A stretch of 50,594 nucleotides of DNA from Octopus bimaculoides (lineage: Eukaryota). The notes under the pieces are model-generated. The model made no database searches and had not been told where the DNA came from. It was given only the letters and a program-made list of their open reading frames with translations. Positions 24,469 through 37,170 of this stretch are shown here, piece by piece; position 1 is the first letter of the stretch; every line of letters starts with the position of its first letter. The stretch spans positions 2,756,931 through 2,807,524 of the forward strand of contig NC_068997.1 in the NCBI RefSeq assembly GCF_001194135.2, read 5' to 3'. The position numbers were made by a program, and so were the translations under genes.

Positions 24469-26777
24469 GTTTAGTTACGTTCATGTACCTACCTTACATA
24501 CTCATGTGACAAAAAATTAAACAGAAAAACGAAAAACAAAAACAGGAAAACCAACTTTGGTTTTGATTTCTATTTGCGCTGTTTATTGCTAGATCAAATA
24601 TGATTAGGGCATATTCGAACCAGTAAAAACGTCATTCGCTGTGTTTTGTCATGGAGAAAATTTCTCCCCGTGGACAAATGTTGTAAATACACCTAAAATG
24701 TGTGTAATAGGTAGTCGTAATTGGTGTGGTCATTATCGCTTAGCTCAAGGTCAGTCGCCTTCCCTATTCATTGAGCAGAGGTGTGGTCAAGGATCTACCA
24801 GCTGCGATAGCAGAGTCTTTTTACTTTAATTTAAACATCGTATATCTAAGGATTATATTAGTTGTGTTCTTTTTTGTTGTTAGTTAACCTCAGTTCAACC
24901 GTGGAGTTACAAACGTTTCGCATATGATCATTCTACTTCTTACCAGAAATGGTGTAATTAAAACAACTTTTCTAGTACATCTGGTGGTGGTGGTGGTGGT
25001 GCTAGGCTAAATTTTATGTTAATCTAGTATATCTTTAAGCTGGGACCACGCCAGACTGAAGCCAATTAGAAATACACCTCGGATGCATTACTTCAAGTTT
25101 CTAGAATGACGACAATACCTTAAGTTTCTAGAATGATGACGCAAGCAGTTTCTTTTTGACACTAATCAAATACTATCATTATAATTCATTCATCAGCGAG
25201 AGAAAAAGACAGAATATGCTAGACTCTCTTATCTCGGTTAGTTTCACATTCAAATTGACTCCCATACTCAAATAATAACACGTCCTCCAGGCTCCACGTG
25301 AATTCAGTGAGATGTGAAGCACAGCACTGGCCCTGACTATCTATATCAGGCAGATGTAACGACAAGCGCTCATCCGCACATCTAAATTTATGATTGTTCC
25401 ATGACAATAAGATATAAAAACGGCGCTATCCGTGAAAATATATGGAGTGTTGCCATCTTAATTAATAAGGTGAAAAACCAGGAAATATTTCGCGTGCTTT
25501 CTTTTAAGATAAGACAATATCCACGATGACACTTTACGATGTAAACTCTAGTTTATGTAACGGAGAAAGAGTGTAGAATTGAAAGATGGCGCAGTTTCAA
25601 ATATATTCAATTGTAAAAACCATTCGAAATACATATATGCGAGTGTGCGTGCGTGCGCAGCGGCGTGTTTGTGTATGCGTGTGCGTGAATGTGTGTGTAT
25701 TTATGCACATATATAAAACATATAATACATTTATATATGGATATATATGTATATAAACATTTATATGTATGTATATACATACCGTCACCACCATATATNN
25801 NNNNNNNNNNNNNNNNNNNNNNNNNNNNNNNNNNNNNNNNNNNNNNNNNNNNNNNNNNNNNNNNNNNNNNNNNNNNNNNNNNNNNNNNNNNNNNNNNNNN
25901 NNNNNNNNNNNNNNNNNNNNNNNNNNNNNNNNNNNNNNNNNNNNNNNNNNNNNNNNNNNNNNNNNNNNNNNNNNNNNNNNNNNNNNNNNNNNNNNNNNNN
26001 NNNNNNNNNNNNNNNNNNNNNNNNNNNNNNNNNNNNNNNNNNNNNNNNNNNNNNNNNNNNNNNNNNNNNNNNNNNNNNNNNNNNNNNNNNNNNNNNNNNN
26101 NNNNNNNNNNNNNNNNNNNNNNNNNNNNNNNNNNNNNNNNNNNNNNNNNNNNNNNNNNNNNNNNNNNNNNNNNNNNNNNNNNNNNNNNNNNNNNNNNNNN
26201 NNNNNNNNNNNNNNNNNNNNNNNNNNNNNNNNNNNNNNATTACTACTAGCTGTCAGTCAGTCAACTGGCAGAAGATAAATTGCGACAACTGTCCAATCAT
26301 TGCCAACCCAACCCTCAACCCAACGTATTACACATAAAAAATATAGGCACACACACACACACACACACACATCCAAATATATAGGTACAAACACAGACAC
26401 ACAACCCCTCAAACGCACAGACATCCAAACATCCACGCACACAAACATACACCCCCACACACACACAACTATACACCCACAAACATGCAAACACGCAACC
26501 ACATACCTAAATAAACACGCAACCTACACCCCACGCCGCATCACTCAATACAAATGGATGCCAAAGCAATATTCCAATGATGCGTTTCATTTCACTTTCT
26601 TATAAATGAAAAAAGAAAAACAAAAGTATCACTTTCCTTCCGCACATTATTTTGTCTGCTTTTGTAGGACAACCCATCGTGTGTGTGTGTGTGTGTGCGC
26701 GCGTATATGTGTGTGCTAGTGTGTGGTCTTTTGTATTTGCTTTTGATTTGCTTTTTATTCTGTTTATATATACATAC

Positions 26778-26829
<52 letters not shown>

Positions 26830-27113
26830 NNNNNNNNNNNNNNNNNNNNNNNNNNNNNNNNNNNNNNNNNNNNNNNNNNNNNNNNNNNNNNNNNNNNNNN
26901 NNNNNNNNNNNNNNNNNNNNNNNNNNNNNNNNNNNNNNNNNNNNNNNNNNNNNNNNNNNNNNNNNNNNNNNNNNNNNNNNNNNNNNNNNNNNNNNNNNNN
27001 NNNNNNNNNNNNNNNNNNNNNNNNNNNNNNNNNNNNNNNNNNNNNNNNNNNNNNNNNNNNNNNNNNNNNNNNNNNNNNNNNNNNNNNNNNNNNNNNNNNN
27101 NNNNNNNNNNNNN

Positions 27114-27150
<37 letters not shown>

Positions 27151-27282
27151 AAGAGAGATAGAGAGAGAGAGACATACATATATACATATATATATATATA
27201 GATGCACACACATATGTGTATGTTGATGTGTATGTATGCAAGAATATATGTATGCATGTGTATACCATTGTTATTGATATTA

Positions 27283-27334
<52 letters not shown>

Positions 27335-27335
<1 letters not shown>

Positions 27336-29690
27336 TACTTTTGATCTGTATGTTTGTTACAATCACTTGCCGAGACACACCCAACGTCCTGGGGCGAATG
27401 ATGAATAAGAGGTGTTACATTATGACTGAAAGCTTGGGGAGGGGAAGTGGCAGGGGCATTAGTGAAATATCTTCATGTAATACAACACAGACATTTAAAT
27501 GGATGAGTTTTTCTAAGGGTGTGGGCAGTACTTGTCAGTACAATCTTTTGAATTTCTCTGAGATATGGTTCTCCTGGGATCTTATTTAGATGTTTCTGAC
27601 ATCCCTTTTTTTTTAACACACCTAGGGCACCTACAATAGCAGGAACTGTTCTCCTTTAAGATGTCACATCTTTTGTATTTTGATTTCCAGGTCCTTATAT
27701 TTGCTTTATTTTTCATATTCCTTTACAGATATGTTTTTATCAGTGGGAACATTTACATCGATTAGTCTACAGGTATTTTCTTCCCTGTCTTTAATAATTA
27801 TTTCCAGTCGATTAGCTTGGATTGTTCTGTCAGTGTTGACTGGAAAATCCCAGACTATGATGTACATACCAGTAAGCAGGAATGCTGATTTAGTAGTGTT
27901 TACATATTTTCCAAAATAAATACCTTCCTACCCTATCGTGGCGATTTTTGTATTCGTCTGGTGTCAGCACAGGACATCCTGATACGAGACGGTCTATTGT
28001 TTCGTTAATGTGTCGCAGAATCTGCATTTGAAGAACGTTTGCCTGGTAGTTTTTTTGGTAAGCAAGCTTTGATCTTGTGCTGCCAATATGAAACCTTCAA
28101 TCTCTGTTTTGATTCCTGAAATTCTCAGCCACTGATGGGTTGTTCCTTGATTTACATCAGCATTTTGACTTCTAAGTATATACTGTCCATGCAGAGGCTT
28201 CTGGATCCACTGCTCCCCCTCCTCAATTTGTTTCTTGCCCGTTCATTTTTGCTGTCTGCTTGATCCATTTGGCATGTTTTGTGACAGTAGTTTCAGGGAC
28301 TTCAACTATTTTAGGGGTTAATGCCAAGATCTCTTGCGAATTTGCAAGCTTCCTTGATAATAGAAACGTGATTTTTGGCTACATTCGTGTTTGCACACAT
28401 GTCGCAGCGTCCAGTCCTCTGTACTAGATTAGTACCTGTTCATTGTTATTGTGGAGGTCTTATAGCACAGGCCTTCCTTTTCCAACATTACTTCTTGGTA
28501 GGCACAGACGATCAACATCTGCGTTTGGGTGTTGCATGTTCTCAGAAGTTAGTCGTCTTCTTGTCTTCCTGTCCAAACGCTGGAGTTCTGTAAGATTCGA
28601 ATTAATTATGTTAAAATTATATTGGACGACTGGAAGTGCCAAGGCGCTAATGGCTTCGATACGACTTTTAGGGTTGAGTTCAGTTTTTGGTATAAGTCTT
28701 ATTTTCCTGTAATACTCCTGTCTTATTTTTTCCTTCATAGTAGCATGTTGTTTACCATGTCCTTCGTTTATCTCCAGGTATTTGTAATTTTGTTGTGGGT
28801 CAAGCTCCTTGATAGTTGTGTCGGTATCCATTTTAACGGAAGCCGTTTTCCTGAGCTTGCCTTTTACAAAAGTTGCTTTAGCACACTTATCAATGCCAAA
28901 GATCATCCCGATATCATTACTGAATTCTTTACCAGTTTTTAGCAACCCTACTAGCTTTTCTTCATTTCTAGCAGACAGCTTCAGATCGACCATATAAAAC
29001 AGATGGCTTATTGTCGTAATGTAAACTTTGAAGCCATACCTGGTGTTATTTAGTTCGTTTGAGAGAGTAATGGAGAGAGGGAGTCACCTTGAAAGATGCC
29101 TGGCTTGATGTTGATGTTATTTGTTTGGCTCATCCCGCACCATGGTTTAGAAAAAAGACGTGTGTTCCACTTGGCCGTGCTACCTTATAGGAATTTGGAG
29201 ATGACAGGAGAGATCTTGTATTTCTCAAGGGCCTTGAGTATCCAATTATGTGGGACATTATCAAACACTTTCCTGTTGTCTATCCATGCCATAGTCAGGT
29301 TCTTCTCTTTGCTCCGGCAATTCTCTACAATAATTTTATTTATGAGTTATTGATCTTTGCACCCATTCCTTTTACAGCCTTTTCGAGCTTGTGGAAGGAT
29401 AGACCTCTGTCTAAGGAAAGCGTATATTCTCTCGGTTAATATGGATGTAAGGATCTTGTAAGTGGTGTTGAGACATGTTATTTGTCGGTAGTTCTTTGGA
29501 TTTTTGTGTCTTCAGTTTTTGGTAGAAGGTATATTGTTCCTTCAGTCATCCAGGCAGGTATTTGCTATGGATGACATCAGTCAGAGATGCAGTGAAATTT
29601 TGGTGTACTTCTTGTCTGACAATTTAGCCAGAGGTTTTCACATGGTAACTATCGTAGTATTTTGTGTTCTAACACATTGTTATATCCTTA
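27335..29690 (-). mobile_element. R4/Dong-type non-LTR retrotransposon (RT, CCHC finger, restriction-like endonuclease), 5'-truncated and decayed, with (TAA)n at its 3' end
   Basis: IPAWMTEG..LPK, NYRQITCLNTTYKILTSIL, AWIDNRKVFDNVPHNWI, GIFQGDSLSP, HLFYMVDLKL, DIGMIFGIDKC, YKYL, LCLPRSNVG, CRFC..ETIDRLVSGCPVLTPDEYKNRHDRVG, WDFPVNTDRTIQANRLEIIIKD..LIDVNVP..KYKDL, VGALG. A 3' UTR is followed by (TAA)n at 27287-27335. Confidence 0.9.
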
Positions 29691-30365
29691 TGGACAAACG
29701 ATTACACTGCAACAGTGTAGTAAAAATATAATCGAATCAAACGGCAGTAATCACTTGGAACGTAACAACAAACTTTTAAGAATCAACAATCCCCACACGC
29801 TAACTCGAACTGTAAATTTTGAACTCTAACTTAGAATTATCAACATATGAAGCGCTACTATTTATCTGTAGTGGCCCAGTCCATTCTCATCAGGGGGGCG
29901 TCGTACTCTCGCACAACACACATCCACATTTAAGTGGAGATAAATATTACCTTTTGTTATTTATACTTCTTCTGTCTCTATATCAATTATTCTATATCAT
30001 AAGTGTTTAGTGTAGAGAATATTGTTCAGTCATACTACTGTTATTTTGTTTCGTATTTCCATTTTCATATTTCCATCACTGCAACTACAACGGCTTGTAT
30101 AACGGAATTTATGTTTCGATGATGGTGTAACAGTGTGTTATATTGTGGTGTTTGTGTGATTACTAAGGCGTGTGTTATGTATTGTGCCGCTTTATGTGGT
30201 TGGTGTGAAGTATATGTTTTTATGTTGTATCTTGCGCTCTTGGCATGAGAAAACTGTTGTGGAGTTGGCTTAATAATTTGTGTTGTTTATGAGTTGCGCT
30301 GTTTGCGTTATCTTGCTTCCAAGGTAACTGTGTTGTTTTCTTGTTCTTGGTGTGATAACTGTAGT

Positions 30366-30615
30366 GAAGGCGCGTGGCTTAGTGGTTAGAATGTTGGACG
30401 CATGATTGTATGATTACTGTTTCGATTCTTGGACCGGGTGATGCGTTGTGATTTTTGAGCAAAACACTTCATTTCACGTTGCTCTGGTAAACTCAGCTGG
30501 CGAAAGGCAGTAATCCTGCAACAGACTGGCATCAAGTCTAGGTGGGGAATTTATACGCCACAATAAACGGGAAACCGGCCTCACGTGTCTGTAGGACTCG
30601 GAATGGAGCATTATC
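30366..30615 (+). mobile_element. tRNA-derived SINE family C
   Basis: A box TGGCTTAGTGG, B-box-like GTTTCGATTC, then TTGAGCAAAACACTTCATTTCACGTTGCTC and CCTGCAACAGACTGGCATCAAGTCTAGGTGGGG. Single copy in the window. Confidence 0.7.
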
Positions 30616-31537
30616 CTTTATGTGATAAATGTGTTCTTTATCGGTTGTGTGTGTTGAGTTATGTGTGATAACCATGTTATTTATGTGTTGTAGTGTCTGT
30701 GATATCTGCTGTTTATATGTTGTATGTGTTGCATTCTATGCGTTGTGGTGCTGGTGTGATATCTTTGTTATTTATTAGTTGTGTGAGTTATACTGCATTG
30801 TTGATGCGACAACCGTGTTGTGTTATTGATGTGACAACCGTGTTGTATTGTGCTGTTGACGTGACAACTGTGTATTGTGTATTTTATGTTGTATTTACTA
30901 TTATCCCTCCCTCTCTATATTCTACCATGGCATTAAGCTACAAACTTGTATGTATATATTTTTTCTCTTGCTTTCTCAGACAATTTTAATTTTCTCGCCA
31001 CAGATCTCAAGACAAAGCATAGATAAAACCATGATATGATTCCCTAATGGAATCTGCAAAGTACTTTCAAGTTAGTGACATTGTACGTGCAGGTAATATA
31101 AACGAAACTCAAACAACTACATCTATTTTATAACCTAAACAATAACAACACCTTCAACCAAAGACACAAACAAAATATCTTTTTCTTTTTTAACTTTTAA
31201 TTTGAAATCGGAGCCAGAATTTACCAATTCCATTTCCTCTCATTTTTTATACTCTCTCACAGACAAATAAGTAAATTAAAATGGATTCCGTTTGGAGAAT
31301 AAAATGAAATGATAAAAAAGTTGATAATAAAATTACTTGAAGAATACAAAAGAAAAACATTTTCTGTCTTTGGGGAGAAAACACATTCGAGATTTGCCAA
31401 CAAAAATGTCGTAGGATATAATTCTATCAATAGATGTTTTGAGTTCGGTTAGAACGTGGATCGACGTAATCTTTCGTCTTGGGCAAGAAAGTGGGGTTCA
31501 AAAACGCACGTACTGAGGTAGATAAGTAGATTTAGGC

Positions 31538-31864
31538 CAATGGTTCTCAAATAGAGTCCATACTAGAGTTTTATGGGTCCACGCAAACAAAATAATAAAT
31601 TGGGGACCCGCAGTAGTAATTTAGGGGGTCCGTGAAAAATCTTCACTTTAGATGTATTTATTGTAAGAAACAGCTAAATTTCTTTCTTGAACGTTTTACA
31701 TGGTTCAAGTCACGTTGTTCAAGTTAATGTTTGAAAAACAAAATAGGAATTTTGAAAGAAATATCTCTGAAACTAAGTTTTAGACATGGATTGGCTATGG
31801 GGGTCCACCAGAATAAAATAGTAATCAAAAAGGTCTGTAAATAAAAATTGGCTGAGAACCATCG
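31538..31864. mobile_element. hAT/Charlie-type MITE, copy 2, with 8 bp TSD
   Basis: TIRs CAATGGTTCTCA / TGAGAACCATCG. Flanks ATTTAGGC (31530-31537) and ATTTAGAC (31865-31872) match at 7 of 8 positions with a central TA. Confidence 0.85.
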
Positions 31865-31886
31865 ATTTAGACAAATTCAACCTTTC

Positions 31887-32008
31887 TACAAAAGAGAGTC
31901 CATCTCCCGTGATTAAGGATTTTCAACAATAAGGAGGAGCTCATCTCAAAGAGAACCCATCTTCCGTGATTAAGAATTTTCAACAATAAGAAACTCATCT
32001 CAAAGAGA
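31887..32008. repeat. ~55 bp tandem duplication (about 2.3 copies)
   Basis: CAAAGAGA..CCATCTYCCGTGATTAAGRATTTTCAACAATAAG..CTCATCT occurs twice, plus a partial third start. Confidence 0.9.
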
Positions 32009-32531
32009 AAAACCTTAACTTATTGAAGAAACCTTTGATCAGAGATATTCCATCCGTGAATATCACATCTTAAGAGCTTCATTAACTATACTTATTAATT
32101 AGTGTAGTGGGGAAAAAATTGTTGACATAAAATATTGCTTAACCTTAAACCAGCCTCGATTGAACAGGCATATAATTAAAAGATATTCCAAACGTGACCA
32201 TATTAATGAATTTCGTTAATTAGCGTAGTGAAAAAGCTGTCGACATGTAATGTATTGTTTAGCTCTTGGTCAGTCCTCATTAAGCAGACTTATGATCAAA
32301 AGTGTTCCAGATGCGACCATCCCATTTGCTCCTATGTCTAAGTAATCAAGCACTACATAATCCAGTGCATTCATTTCTAAGACACTCAGGTTTGATTTGA
32401 GGGAAATTTAGCTCTCAAGGTCGACCCGGTACAAACACACGCAAGTAGACACATATATACACAGAGCGAGAAACAGAAAGAGATTGAGAGAGACAAACAC
32501 AAACACATACTTGTAGCATATACACACACAC

Positions 32532-32571
<40 letters not shown>

Positions 32572-33601
32572 NNNNNNNNNNNNNNNNNNNNNNNNNNNNN
32601 NNNNNNNNNNNNNNNNNNNNNNNNNNNNNNNNNNNNNNNNNNNNNNNNNNNNNNNNNNNNNNNNNNNNNNNNNNNNNNNNNNNNNNNNNNNNNNNNNNNN
32701 NNNNNNNNNNNNNNNNNNNNNNNNNNNNNNNNNNNNNNNNNNNNNNNNNNNNNNNNNNNNNNNNNNNNNNNNNNNNNNNNNNNNNNNNNNNNNNNNNNNN
32801 NNNNNNNNNNNNNNNNNNNNNNNNNNNNNNNNNNNNNNNNNNNNNNNNNNNNNNNNNNNNNNNNNNNNNNNNNNNNNNNNNNNNNNNNNNNNNNNNNNNN
32901 NNNNNNNNNNNNNNNNNNNNNNNNNNNNNNNNNNNNNNNNNNNNNNNNNNNNNNNNNNNNNNNNNNNNNNNNNNNNNNNNNNNNNNNNNNNNNNNNNNNN
33001 NNNNNNNNNNNNNNNNNNNNNNNNNNNNNNNNNNNNNNNNNNNNNNNNNNNNNNNNNNNNNNNNNNNNNNNNNNNNNNNNNNNNNNNNNNNNNNNNNNNN
33101 NNNNNNNNNNNNNNNNNNNNNNTATATATATATATATATATGTTGTATACATACGAGCTGTATATACATATACACACACTAAACCTTTTGACTCACCAAT
33201 CATTATTGTGACATCAACAGTAAAATGAACACTTCATATTAAAAGTGCTTTTAAATGACATCTTCACATACGTAAACAATAGACACACAAACGCACACTC
33301 GCGCGCGCATATATGAATGTCTGGGTGTATATCCATACACGCACACACACACACACATACATCTACTCTCACAGCGGCACTTATATGTAAATAAGTACAC
33401 AAGTATAACGGCTTTCGCTCAAGCCCAATACATTCGCTATTTACTGCAATCGATTTTGTAGAGCCATTAGCCATCCTATTTGCAGTTTTACACCTACTAA
33501 CGATCTTATTTACGCAGATATTTCTCTCTTCTACCCAAGCGGGGAGGTCGTCTTCTGATACATACATGCATACATACATACACACACAAACACACACACA
33601 C

Positions 33602-33651
<50 letters not shown>

Positions 33652-33935
33652 NNNNNNNNNNNNNNNNNNNNNNNNNNNNNNNNNNNNNNNNNNNNNNNNN
33701 NNNNNNNNNNNNNNNNNNNNNNNNNNNNNNNNNNNNNNNNNNNNNNNNNNNNNATATATATATATATATACACATATATATATATATACACACACATATA
33801 CATATATATATATATACACATACACACACATACATATGCAAATATATATGTAATTATTTCTGTCTTCTCTCTTTTGTCTTTCCCTCTCCCTCCCTCCTCT
33901 CTCTCTCTCTCTATATATATATATACATATATATG

Positions 33936-33970
<35 letters not shown>

Positions 33971-34110
33971 GTATATATATATACAAATATATAAACATTT
34001 GTATATAACATATATAAATATATACATGTATGTATGCATGCATGTATGTATGTGTGTGTGTGTTTGTGTGTGCGTGTGCGTGTGAGTGTATGTATGTGTG
34101 TGTGTATGTA

Positions 34111-34918
34111 TACTATGTTGAGTCAAAAGTTTTCAATATTTTGTTAACTTATTTAGTTTATTTCTCAAGTTTCACCAAAAGCAACCTTGCATTGAAGTTG
34201 AGGCGACCGTTTTGCACTCCGTGGGACCAAATTTCTTGCAGTTCTTTGATCCTACATTGATTGCAGTCCTTTTCCTTATCGGCGAAGAAGACCTTCACCG
34301 AATCTTCACCAACACTCGGTTAATGAAGCGTCGCGAGCATAGGAGGTGAGCCATGGATCGCAACAAGTAATAATCCGAGGGAGTTAGGTCTAGACTATTT
34401 GCTGGGTGTGGCATCAATTCCATTCCCTGAAGCTCTTTCAGTTTATTCCGGGTCGTTCGAACGGTATGAATTCTTGTGCTGTCTTGCTGCAGAAGAGCTC
34501 GCTTTCTATTAACAAATGCCAGATAGTTTTGCCGTACAGTGTCATACATCCATGATGCCGCGGTCACCGGATATTCTCCGAGTGTTCGTCGCCAGATTTG
34601 CCTCGTTGGTTTAGGGCACGAACTCAGAGTCCACTGTTTTATGTCTACCTGACCTTACGTGATCCCTGAGGTTCTCGCAGCGGAGCAACAATTTTTGAAC
34701 CATCCAATTACTGTAATGCAATCAACTTCACCTTCAACTTTTACAGAAGTGCTTTTAGTTAAAGCTGAGTTCGAAGTCGTGAAGCTTATGCTTTTCCGAA
34801 TCAGATTACGTTCCACGTTCATCTGTGTGGCTTTCGAATCACATACAGAGTGAAGCAATGCACAATGTGTATGTGCCAATGCGCCAAGTACCATAATACA
34901 GTTTGACTCGCCTCAATA
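34111..34918 (-). mobile_element. Internally deleted mariner element with both termini
   Basis: Ends read TA-N7-GAGTCAAA inward from both sides. N-terminal HTH remnants (GWFKNC..RSGRHKTVDSE..NTRRIS) are fused to the C-terminal QQDSTRIHT..MELMPHPANSLDLTPSDYYLLRSM. Confidence 0.85.
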
Positions 34919-34989
34919 TATATGACAGATCGCTGACCACTACACACATTTTTTTCTCTCCTTGTTTATCTCCTTGTTTCTTTCTGTGT

Positions 34990-35030
34990 TTCTGTCTGTG
35001 AAAGAGCGTAGGCTCGAAACGTTAAAGACT
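34990..35030 (+). ncRNA. Degenerate minimal hammerhead-like motif, probably inactive
   Basis: CTGTGAAA-GAGC-GTAG-GCTC-GAAA-CGT-T-AAAGAC: 4 bp stem II, GAAA and palindromic ACGT stem III are present, but the core is not CUGANGA and stem I is poor. Confidence 0.4.
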
Positions 35031-35389
35031 TTTTCAATTCCCGGGAAAAACCCGGAATACGATTAATTCTTTATTTTGTATATTTTCATTTGTTTTGCCC
35101 GCTTATGTTCTGGTGTTTGCTGAATTTTTTCTAGAGAACATTATTTTCCTTGTGGTTAGATCGTAGATGATCTCTTTCTAGCATATCGGATGTCCACTTA
35201 GTGGTCATCCCTTCTTAAACGCATGTAATACAATTTTTCTGAATTTTCAGATTTTTTATATGCTAGGCCACTGATTTTAAATTGATGTTAGTTTAATTAA
35301 TATTCAATTTATCACCTTCAGTATATAAATATATATATACATGCATAATACATACATACATACATGCATACATACATATATATATATAT

Positions 35390-35487
<98 letters not shown>

Positions 35488-36265
35488 AACATATACATAT
35501 ATATATTTATGTGTTTCTGTGTGTCTGTGCGTGTCGGCATGACTTACATGCGAATATAAGTGTATATTATATTAGACGCGCGTATATGTGTGTGTGTGTG
35601 TGTGTGTGTGTAGGAATGAATGCATATTTGTATGAATATAGTATGTATATAGTATATAATTTGAACAATATATAGTATTGCTATTGTATTACCAAGCATT
35701 TATTTTGGACATTGTAGAATTAATTGCAAGATTGAGAGGACTCAATACAGGTTAACTGGAAAATAAGAATTTATTGTGAAAATTTGAAAGTTTAGTACTA
35801 CCAACACAGGATTAATGATATTTTGTTCCAGCCGGGAATATTCAAACTGTTACAGCATTTAAAAAGAAGAGATAATGGTATTTATACGTAATTTATACCT
35901 AAATTTTTATCATAATTTAAAAATTTATTATGAAGTATATATGTATGTTGGTTTGTCGTGGTGTATATGTTCCTATTTGTGTGTCGGAGTGTATGTGTAT
36001 ATCTATGCATGTGTATAGATGCAGGTGAATATTTAATTGAGTCTAAGATTTTAAATCTATTTCTTTGCTATTGATATTAGAGTAATTGAAGATTCCATAC
36101 GTCAAAGAAGAGAGGTGAAGATACGACGGAGGCAACTGTCGGTGACATATAGCCTTTGACATACGAACTCAACTTTTATACAAACTGCTATCAATAACAA
36201 AGAAATATATTTCAATTTCAGAGTCAATTAACTCTCCACCTGCTTTTATGTACACACAGGCTTAA

Positions 36266-36310
<45 letters not shown>

Positions 36311-37114
36311 CACGCACACACACATACAAACGGATTTGCGCTCAAAGATTGAGACGAACACACTGAAACGTACACACATCCAGGATCAAGTAATAAACTG
36401 AACAGAAAAATGAATGAAGAATATAGAAGAAAATAAGGGAACCACCAGTCTTCTCAAACGAGCCAGACTATTCTAAAGATTATTTAATGACTTAACCATT
36501 GTCCTAATGTCTCAATCTGAAAATCTCTAACCGCGATGAAACTATCGGTCACTATAATACACGAAACGAATAATTATCACAATGTATATGAGTATATATA
36601 TTATACACAAACATATAGATAGGTTTGCGTGCATATATATATGTATATATATGTGTGTGTTTGTGTATACATATGTATATGTATGTGTATGTTTATATAA
36701 ATATTTATGTGCGTATACATGTATAAACTTATTTGTACAACCAGGTTAAATAGTGCACAAAATATAAGCATATACAAGCATACAAACAGACAGACACATC
36801 TGTGTGTTAGAAGGTATATGTATATGTACATATATGCATTCGTATGTGTACTTATGTATGCATACTCACAAAAGCAGACATGTATATGGGAGTGAGTTTA
36901 CATGTATATTTGTATGTAAATATATATTTGTTGCGCTTGGGCGTGTATCTTTTTTTCTTCAACCAGCAACCCGATCATAAAATTGTCTAATGAAGGTGAA
37001 ATAATTACATTAATGAAAAGACGCGAGAGTCATTTAAACCGACCTCAGCGCCTACAAGATTCCACTGCATTCGGGCTTCAGTGAAGCAAAGGAATTTTAC
37101 TCTCGTACACATAC

Positions 37115-37170
<56 letters not shown>

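Noticed and set aside
25125-25200. Minus-strand CTGATGA..GAAAC..GTC motif
   Set aside because: No stem II or stem I pairing.
30366-30440. tRNA-like sequences here and at other SINE heads
   Set aside because: They have A/B boxes but no intact cloverleaf and continue into SINE bodies, so they are not tRNA genes.
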